From contig DAOVHJ010000038.1 in the NCBI GenBank assembly GCA_030671945.1, positions 1-12,373 on the forward strand: a DNA stretch of 12,373 nt. The letters run 5' to 3'. Positions 6,980-12,373 of this stretch are shown here, one piece after another. The notes beneath the pieces were generated by a model. It was not told where the DNA came from and searched no databases. It was given only the letters and a program-made list of their open reading frames with translations. Position numbers and translations under genes: made by a program. This stretch comes from Candidatus Heimdallarchaeota archaeon. GTDB lineage: Archaea; Asgardarchaeota; Heimdallarchaeia; JABLTI01. Each line of letters opens with the position of its first letter. Within the stretch, counting starts at the first letter, position 1.

Positions 6980-9094
6980 TCACATCCTTGTTAAGTGTAT
7001 CAATCCATAACTATCTACACTTGCTTTCCAATTCGGGTGAACAACAGTAGTAGTATCATATTGCTCTATTATTGCTGGTCCCACAAGCTTATTTTTTGCC
7101 AGAAGTTTTTCTCTGCTAAAAATAGGTGTTTGTTTAAATCCTTTAAATTCTTCAAAATAAACCTCTCGAGTAGCCAGTTGAGCATCATCAATGGGTTTCG
7201 TTGTTCCTTCTGTGATTTTTACTAAACGAGGTTTTTTGATCAAACCAAGACTATTAGTCCTTATATTAACCATTTCAACTTCTTCTTCCTTGAGTATATA
7301 GCCATATATGGAGTGATGTTTTTCATTGAAACGCTTCAAGATTTGATCTTTGCAATTCTCATTCTGAAGAGCAATTCCTTCTAAAGGAATTAGCAATTCA
7401 AATCCTTGACCTACATATCGTAAGTCAACAAATCTTTTATGAGCTATGCTTTTTGTTTTGAATCCCTCTTCTGTTAAAACAACAGAGCCTTGTTTTTCTA
7501 GGACTTGATATGCTTGCTCTAAATCCGAATAGTCAATATCAAAAAGATTCTTTCTTATGGATTTCACATAAGTATGCTTTGCATCTGTAAAGAGTAACCC
7601 CATTGCTGAGAACAATCCGGGATTATTAGGAATTATTATCTCATTAATTTTTAATTCCTCAGCTAAATCACAGGCGTGTAAAGGTCCTGCCCCACCAAAA
7701 GCATTTAAAATGAATTCTCGAGGATCCAAGCCTCTTTCAACTGTAACAATTCTTAATATTCTGCTCATGTGGTTATTTGCTATCTTTACTATTCCTAAAG
7801 CACTCTCAATCACATCTAGTTTTAGTGGTTCTGCAATTTTCTTAAGAATGCTTTTTTCCGCTAATTCAGGATAAATTTTGAATGTCTTATTGAGCAATCC
7901 TTCGGGGTTAAGACGCCCAAGAACAAGATTAGCATCTGTTATTGTTGGATCGTCACCTTTCTGACCATAGCAAGCAGGACCAGGATCAGCTCCTGCACTA
8001 ATTGGTCCAACTCTCAAAGCACTCCCTTGGTCAACCCAAGCAATGGAACCTCCACCAGAGGAAATCTCTGCGAGATCAATAAATGGGAATCTTGCGGGAT
8101 ACCCACTTCCTTTTGTTATTCGTCCACTATGAACATCTCCTCCGACTTCATATTCAGAGGTCAGGGTAATTGATTTGTTTACAACAGTTCCTGCTTTGGC
8201 AGTTGTCCCCCCCATATCAAAGGATATTATCTTGGATAAATCTAGAAAACTCGCTAAGAAACATGATGCAACTACCCCAGCTGAAGGACCACTTTCAATT
8301 ATGCTTACGGGCAATTGTTGTACTTGTTCTGACTTACTTACTCCCCCACTACTTTGCATGATAAACATCGGTGCTGATATGCCTATTTTCTTGAAGGAAT
8401 CCGTCAAAGATTTTACATATCTCGAAACCAATGGCATTAATACAGAATTAATTGTGGTTGTACTTGTTCGTTCAAATTCTCTATGTTCAGGAGACACTTC
8501 AAACCCTGCAGACAAGTAGAGATCTTTGTGCTCTTTCTCGAGGTATTCTTTGACCTTTTGCTCATGTTTTGCATTTTTGTAAGAATGGAGTAAAGATATT
8601 GCCACACTTTGGATTGCTTCAGTTTTTATAAAATCACTAATTTTTTTGAGATTATTTTGTTTTAATGGTGTAATGATTTCTCCTTGTGCATTTATTCGTT
8701 CATCTATTTCAAATCGATATTTTCTTGGAACAATTGGGGTTGGCCTTTCAAAAAAGAAATCATACAAGGAAGCTCTTCTTTGTCTACCAATTTCTAGGAC
8801 ATCTCTGAAACCTTTTGTTGTAATAAGAATGGTTTTTGGCAAATCTAAATTCACTTGCCCAAGGAAAGCATTAGTAGCGATTGTTGTTGCATGATACAAC
8901 TGTTGTACATTAACTTTGTCTGCATCTGACAATTGTTCTTGTAGAGAATTAATGATTGCTACTTCTGGTTTTTTCGGAGTTGTTGAAACTTTGACTTGAT
9001 TGTAGATTAGCCCAGTTTCTTTATCTTGGATTATGATATCCGTAAAAGTACCACCAATATCGATTCCAATAGATATTTTTGACACGATAAGCAT
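6980..9094 (-). CDS. hyuA: Hydantoinase A / oxoprolinase family subunit (HyuA-like, ATP-binding sugar-kinase/actin fold), 704 aa.
   Basis: Family-typical blocks are IGIDIGGTFTD, ATTIATNA, ITTKGFRDVLEIGRQRR, MQSSGGV, SGPSAGV and FDMGGTTAK. AGGAAG (9095-9100) directly abuts ATG 9094 but lies 9 nt before the in-frame GTG at 9085, so the true start may be 9085 (MSKISIGIDIGG...). Confidence 0.93.
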   Translation of the reverse strand: MLIVSKISIGIDIGGTFTDIIIQDKETGLIYNQVKVSTTPKKPEVAIINSLQEQLSDADKVNVQQLYHATTIATNAFLGQVNLDLPKTILITTKGFRDVLEIGRQRRASLYDFFFERPTPIVPRKYRFEIDERINAQGEIITPLKQNNLKKISDFIKTEAIQSVAISLLHSYKNAKHEQKVKEYLEKEHKDLYLSAGFEVSPEHREFERTSTTTINSVLMPLVSRYVKSLTDSFKKIGISAPMFIMQSSGGVSKSEQVQQLPVSIIESGPSAGVVASCFLASFLDLSKIISFDMGGTTAKAGTVVNKSITLTSEYEVGGDVHSGRITKGSGYPARFPFIDLAEISSGGGSIAWVDQGSALRVGPISAGADPGPACYGQKGDDPTITDANLVLGRLNPEGLLNKTFKIYPELAEKSILKKIAEPLKLDVIESALGIVKIANNHMSRILRIVTVERGLDPREFILNAFGGAGPLHACDLAEELKINEIIIPNNPGLFSAMGLLFTDAKHTYVKSIRKNLFDIDYSDLEQAYQVLEKQGSVVLTEEGFKTKSIAHKRFVDLRYVGQGFELLIPLEGIALQNENCKDQILKRFNEKHHSIYGYILKEEEVEMVNIRTNSLGLIKKPRLVKITEGTTKPIDDAQLATREVYFEEFKGFKQTPIFSREKLLAKNKLVGPAIIEQYDTTTVVHPNWKASVDSYGLIHLTRM

Positions 9095-9235
9095 CTTCCT
9101 TTATAAGAAGTTTCAATTTTGCTGTTTTTAGATTTTTTGTGAGTTATCATTCTGAGGAACTCTTTTTAAAAAAATCAACCTATTATTACTTGGGAATCTA
9201 TTTTAATTAATGAAATTCTTGCCTGGTGATTTTAT
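9095..9235. promoter_or_regulatory. Divergent AT-rich promoter region between hyuA (-) and the homocysteine methyltransferase-like gene (+).
   Basis: A central TTTTTAAAAAAA tract lies at about 9164-9175 and TTTTAATTAA at 9201-9210. Both are TATA-like. GGTGA at 9225-9229 sits 6 nt before ATG 9236. Confidence 0.4.
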
Positions 9236-10123
9236 ATGAAAAAACCAATACTAGATATATTAAAAGAACGAGTAATCTTCTTTGATGGAGCAATGGGCAC
9301 CGAGTTGATCGAAAGAGGCATTGTTCTTGGTGATTCAGCGGAAAGATTCTCACCATATTTCTCGGAGATAATCACTGAAATTCATAAAGCATATTTTGAT
9401 GCTGGGTCAGATGTTATTCAAACAAACACTTATGGCGCAAATCGAATTGGATTAGGGGCTAAGCTTGAAAACAAAATCGAGCTTATTAATTTACGACAAG
9501 TTGAATTAGCAAATACTGTTTGTCCAAAGAACGGTTATGTTGCTGGAAATATTGGTCCAAGCGCTGTTCTTTTGGAAAAAGATGGTGGCGAGTACACAAT
9601 CAATATGATCCAAGAGGCAATTGATGAACAAGTGAAAGCACTAGCGAAAGGCGGCGTTGATTTATTCAGTATAGAAACTATGTATTACCTGGAAGAAGCT
9701 CTTGCAGCGATTTCTTCTATAAAAGAGAATTCTGATGTGCCAATTTTTGTTGGTATGACTTTTGATAAAGTAGCTGAGGGATACAGAACACCAATTGGTG
9801 ACAAAAATGTAGATGAATGCATTAAGGCTCTCGAAAAAGCCGGAGCAGATGCTGTTGGTTGTGGCTGCACTTTAGGTAGTTTTGAGATGCTTGGTTTGGC
9901 TAAAGAGTTAATAAAAGCAGCAACCAAACCGGTAATTGTTCAACCTACAGCTGGAGCCCCTCTCACTGTAGCTGGCAAAAATCTATACCCAATTAATCCC
10001 GAAAGATTTGCTAAAGATATGTTAGAAATGCGAAAAATAGGTGTAGAAATCTTTGGCGGATGTTGTGGAACAACCCTCAAACACATTTCAAAAATGATTG
10101 AGACTCTTAAAAAACACAAATAA
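9236..10123 (+). CDS. Homocysteine S-methyltransferase domain protein (Pfam S-methyl_trans-like; MetH N-terminal / MmuM / BHMT family), 295 aa, stand-alone.
   Basis: Family-typical blocks are FFDGAMGTEL, IQTNTYGAN, VAGNIGP and DLFSIETM. The zinc-ligand cysteines sit in AVGCGC (C209/C211) and GGCCGTT (C276/C277). Confidence 0.9.
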   Translation: MKKPILDILKERVIFFDGAMGTELIERGIVLGDSAERFSPYFSEIITEIHKAYFDAGSDVIQTNTYGANRIGLGAKLENKIELINLRQVELANTVCPKNGYVAGNIGPSAVLLEKDGGEYTINMIQEAIDEQVKALAKGGVDLFSIETMYYLEEALAAISSIKENSDVPIFVGMTFDKVAEGYRTPIGDKNVDECIKALEKAGADAVGCGCTLGSFEMLGLAKELIKAATKPVIVQPTAGAPLTVAGKNLYPINPERFAKDMLEMRKIGVEIFGGCCGTTLKHISKMIETLKKHK

Positions 10124-10140
10124 ATTCTCATCCCATTGAA

Positions 10141-10183
10141 GTCGGGGGCGATACTCAACCTCCGACACTTCTCTGTTTTTTTT
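10141..10183 (+). terminator. GC-rich hairpin followed by T8 after the methyltransferase-like gene.
   Basis: GTCGGGGG (10141-10148) pairs with CCTCCGAC (10159-10166) as 8 bp including one G-U, across a 10-nt loop. T8 follows at 10176-10183. The element begins 18 nt after the stop codon. Confidence 0.6.
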
Positions 10184-10331
10184 CCTCCACTTTACAAAGT
10201 ATAGTTTATCTTGAAAATTTCACTAACAAAATTGGTAGTCATTTAATATTTTAATTACTATATTATACGTAAGGTATAAGAACTTCTGAAATGTCTTTGT
10301 TATTTATGAGAAAAAATAGGAGCACAACTAA

Positions 10332-11102
10332 TTGAAATATGACAAATCAATGATTGATGAAGCGGAAGGTTCTGATTTTGCTAAATGTATTTGCTTAAAA
10401 GATATCAACGTCAAAACAGTCATCATAGGTTTTCCTGGCATGGGGTTAGCAGGAGCTATTGCTGCCCAACACATAAGTGAAAAATTAAATCTTGATACAA
10501 TTGGTTTCATAGAAGGAACCGTTATTCCACCTGTTGCAGTTTTCTTAGATGGTTATTTGCGTCATCCTTACAGAATAATGGGCAAAAAAGATTCTGAAAT
10601 AGCGGTATTCATTGGCGAAAGTGTAGTAACACCTGAAGGAGCCTATCACATTGCAAAAGCAATAATGAATTGGGCTGAAAAACATGGTGCAAAGGAAATT
10701 ATTGCCTTAGATGGTTTTCCATTTTTAGATCCAAAGGATGAATCACAAGTCTACATGGTTGCAGAGCCGGAGATAAAAGAGAAAGCAGAAAAACTCAATA
10801 TTCCACCACTAAAAAGTGGATTTATTAGAGGATTCGCTGGATCAATGTTGAATAAAACCATGATCAGTGCTGTAGATGGGTTTGCATTTTTAGTAGGAAC
10901 CCGACCTGATTTACCTGATCCAGGTGGAGCTGCATCTCTTATTAAAACAGTCAATACTTACAAAGGTACAGATATCAATGTAGATACTCTTATGGAACAA
11001 TCCGATTCAATAAAGAAGAAGCTCGCAGAGCTTGCACTACAAACCCAAGGAATGGATGCCCAACAACCCGCACCAAAAAGAAAGAGCTCTTTCTATACCT
11101 AG
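10332..11102 (+). CDS. PAC2-family proteasome assembly chaperone (archaeal PbaA/PbaB-like, COG1938-like), 256 aa, with a C-terminal HbYX motif.
   Basis: VIIGFPGMGLAGAIAAQHISEKL matches the PAC2 GxPGxGxxG signature block. The C-terminus ...KRKSSFYT ends in hydrophobic-Tyr-X. A TTG start at 10332 lies 9 nt after AGGAG (10318-10322); the alternative start is ATG at 10350. Confidence 0.8.
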   Translation: MKYDKSMIDEAEGSDFAKCICLKDINVKTVIIGFPGMGLAGAIAAQHISEKLNLDTIGFIEGTVIPPVAVFLDGYLRHPYRIMGKKDSEIAVFIGESVVTPEGAYHIAKAIMNWAEKHGAKEIIALDGFPFLDPKDESQVYMVAEPEIKEKAEKLNIPPLKSGFIRGFAGSMLNKTMISAVDGFAFLVGTRPDLPDPGGAASLIKTVNTYKGTDINVDTLMEQSDSIKKKLAELALQTQGMDAQQPAPKRKSSFYT

Positions 11103-11126
11103 TTGGATTTTCTCCAACTTTTTTTT
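11102..11126 (+). terminator. Hairpin plus T8 immediately after the PAC2-like gene.
   Basis: GTTGGA (11102-11107) pairs with TCCAAC (11113-11118) across a 5-nt loop, followed by T8 at 11119-11126. Confidence 0.6.
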
Positions 11127-11202
11127 ATTTTTCATTATTTGATTAGTTTATTTTGTTAACGATAGTTATTTTAGTTGTCAAATTTATGGTATTATTACAA
11201 GA

Positions 11203-11218
11203 TGGTTTAGTCAAACCA
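11203..11218. promoter_or_regulatory. Perfect 6-bp inverted repeat TGGTTT-AGTC-AAACCA just upstream of the SD of the HD gene. Possible operator or 5'-UTR hairpin.
   Basis: TGGTTT (11203-11208) and AAACCA (11213-11218) are reverse complements. The repeat lies 5 nt upstream of GAGGA (11224-11228). Confidence 0.25.
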
Positions 11219-11235
11219 CTTTCGAGGATTCAACG

Positions 11236-11826
11236 TTGACAGATGAAATTTTATCTTTTCTCCAAGAAGCACTTCGATTAAAACGGATGGTTAGAAGTGG
11301 CTGGATTTATTCAGGAGTCTCTAAAACTGATACAGAAAGTGTAGCAGATCATAGTTATATGATAACTCTTCTTACGCTTATTCTGGCTGTAAAAGAAAAA
11401 GAGAAGGGAAAGAATATTGACATTGAGAAAGCTCTTGTTATGGCTATACTTCATGATTTACCCGAAAGTGTTTCACAAGATCTAGATAGAAGAATTCGCA
11501 AGTATTCACCCAAGAAATATGATGAATTTAAAAGTGATTTAGATATGGAAGCAATAAAACATCTCTTTGATAATCTTCCAGGAAAAACTAGAGATTATTT
11601 GCTTGAAATCTTTCAAGAATTTCATGCGAAGAAATCTCCAGAAGCGAGGATTGTATTGGAAGCGGATCGATTGGAAACCATTCTACAAATGAATGACTAT
11701 ATTCAACGTGGGTACCCTCGAGAGCTTTTCACTGAATTCATTAATAATTTCTCTGAAGAAATTGATGATTATAAGAATGAGGATGTTAAAGATATAGCGA
11801 GACATTTACTGGAGGGCACAAAATAA
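11236..11826 (+). CDS. HD-domain metal-dependent phosphohydrolase (YfbR-like 5'-deoxynucleotidase family, COG1896/HD_3-like), 196 aa.
   Basis: The H...HD...D metal-ligand pattern is present: SVADHS, AILHDLPES and EADRLE. The N-terminal RLKRMVRSGW block is typical of the family. A TTG start at 11236 lies 7 nt after GAGGA. The next in-frame ATG would truncate the conserved N-terminal block. Confidence 0.88.
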   Translation: MTDEILSFLQEALRLKRMVRSGWIYSGVSKTDTESVADHSYMITLLTLILAVKEKEKGKNIDIEKALVMAILHDLPESVSQDLDRRIRKYSPKKYDEFKSDLDMEAIKHLFDNLPGKTRDYLLEIFQEFHAKKSPEARIVLEADRLETILQMNDYIQRGYPRELFTEFINNFSEEIDDYKNEDVKDIARHLLEGTK

Positions 11827-11827
11827 A

Positions 11828-12373
11828 TTGAATAAAGAAAGCTATGTTAATAGTCGCTATTCCCGTTTTGCTGCTATTCCCTCAATAGGAGCTGGTGGGG
11901 TCGATAAAATTAGAAAGGCTAAAGTAACGGTAGTTGGTGCAGGTGGATTAGGTTCTGTAACCGCTCCACAACTTGTTGCTTTAGGAGTAAAATTCTTACG
12001 CATTATTGATCAAGATGTTGTTGAACTCTCGAATCTTCAACGTCAATTACTATATCGAAAAAATGATATCGGAAAACCAAAAGCAGCAATTGCTAAGAAG
12101 TTTTTAGAAGAACTAAACCCAGATGTAGAAATAGAAGCCATTAATGATAATATAACAGAGAAAAATGCACATGCTGCTACTGATTCTGTGGATTTTGTTG
12201 TAGATGCTGTAGATAGGTTTACTCCTCGGTTTGCACTAAATAAAGCATGCTTAGAAGAGAATATCCCTTATCTGTTTGGTGCTGTTAGTGGAATGTCAGG
12301 GAATATCATGACCGTTATTAGAGGAACTACCTGTGTGGAATGCCTCTTCAGTCAAGCTGATGATTCTAAACTC
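11828..12373 (+). CDS. ThiF/MoeB/UbaA-type E1-like adenylyltransferase, 5' partial (182 codons), running off the window edge. Not in the supplied ORF track.
   Basis: My translation is (M)NKESYVNSRYSRFAAIPSIGAGGVDKIRKAKVTVVGAGGLGS...IIDQDVVELSNLQRQLLY...GKPKA...VVDAVDRFTPRF...CVECLF. This gives the family RYSR opening (here RYSRF), a GxGxxG nucleotide loop, DxDxVxxSNLxRQ, a DxxD(N/R)F block and the first CxxC of the MoeB-type zinc site. TTG at 11828 is the only in-frame start. It lies 1 nt after the HD gene stop and 11 nt after GGAGGG (11811-11816). Confidence 0.88.
   Translation, partial: MNKESYVNSRYSRFAAIPSIGAGGVDKIRKAKVTVVGAGGLGSVTAPQLVALGVKFLRIIDQDVVELSNLQRQLLYRKNDIGKPKAAIAKKFLEELNPDVEIEAINDNITEKNAHAATDSVDFVVDAVDRFTPRFALNKACLEENIPYLFGAVSGMSGNIMTVIRGTTCVECLFSQADDSKL

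Noticed and set aside
5328-8894. Plus-strand ORFs 5328..5513, 6995..7225, 8170..8361, 8175..8519 and 8646..8894, antisense to hyuB/hyuA.
   Set aside because: All are embedded in genes with strong family motifs on the opposite strand. Their sequences are low-complexity and two of them overlap each other.
5341-9094. Calling the hyuAB pair an acetone/acetophenone carboxylase, or specifically a 5-oxoprolinase.
   Set aside because: No gamma subunit gene is adjacent, and substrate specificity in this family cannot be read from motifs. I kept the call at the family level.
10291-10335. A 14-codon upstream ORF (MSLLFMRKNRSTTN) whose TGA stop overlaps the TTG start of the PAC2-like gene (TTGA).
   Set aside because: It has no SD of its own and is very short, and in AT-rich intergenic DNA such ORFs arise by chance. 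Termination-reinitiation coupling is imaginable but has no support.
9685-10954. Minus-strand ORFs 9685..9927, 9940..10158, 10328..10510 and 10751..10954.
   Set aside because: They are antisense shadows of the methyltransferase-like and PAC2-like genes. ORF 9940..10158 also runs through the terminator hairpin. None shows a motif.
1-12373. A search for tRNA, rRNA, CRISPR repeats, tandem repeats, transposase or integrase genes, terminal inverted repeats and defence-system hallmarks (Walker NTPase plus nuclease pairs, HEPN, TIR, PD-(D/E)xK).
   Set aside because: I found none by eye. The intergenic regions are short (82-208 nt) and AT-rich, with no cloverleaf-capable or repeat-spacer structure. 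A computational scan (tRNAscan-SE, Infernal/Rfam, CRISPR finders, DefenseFinder/PADLOC) would be needed to exclude them formally.

Overview
The window is AT-rich, densely coding and has no rRNA, tRNA, CRISPR or recognisable mobile element. All calls rest on motif recognition by eye; no database search was possible. I read ten convincing protein genes plus one doubtful small ORF. (1) A 553-aa orphan with no recognisable catalytic motif. (2) A 91-aa two-helix membrane protein. (3) A PlsY-family acyltransferase homolog. (4) A soluble PAS / thioredoxin-like CxxC / PAS / DHp / HATPase_c sensor kinase whose H-box lacks the phospho-acceptor His. (5, 6) A translationally coupled hydantoinase/oxoprolinase pair, hyuA then hyuB. 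(7) A stand-alone zinc homocysteine S-methyltransferase domain protein. (8) A PAC2/PbaA-like proteasome assembly chaperone ending in an HbYX motif (F-Y-T). (9) A YfbR-like HD phosphohydrolase. (10) The 5' part of a ThiF/MoeB/UbaA-type E1-like enzyme. This last ORF runs off the right edge and is missing from the supplied ORF track. The PAC2/HbYX and UbaA-like genes, the oligo-T tracts after genes and the Shine-Dalgarno-led TTG/GTG starts suggest an AT-rich archaeon, possibly Asgard/Lokiarchaeia-like. That placement is inference only. I see no clear-cut novel multi-gene system such as a defence island. The most unusual items are the redox-domain, His-less kinase; the bacterial-type PlsY with a degenerate substrate motif in an apparently archaeal context; the 553-aa orphan; and the PAC2 / HD / E1-like neighbourhood.
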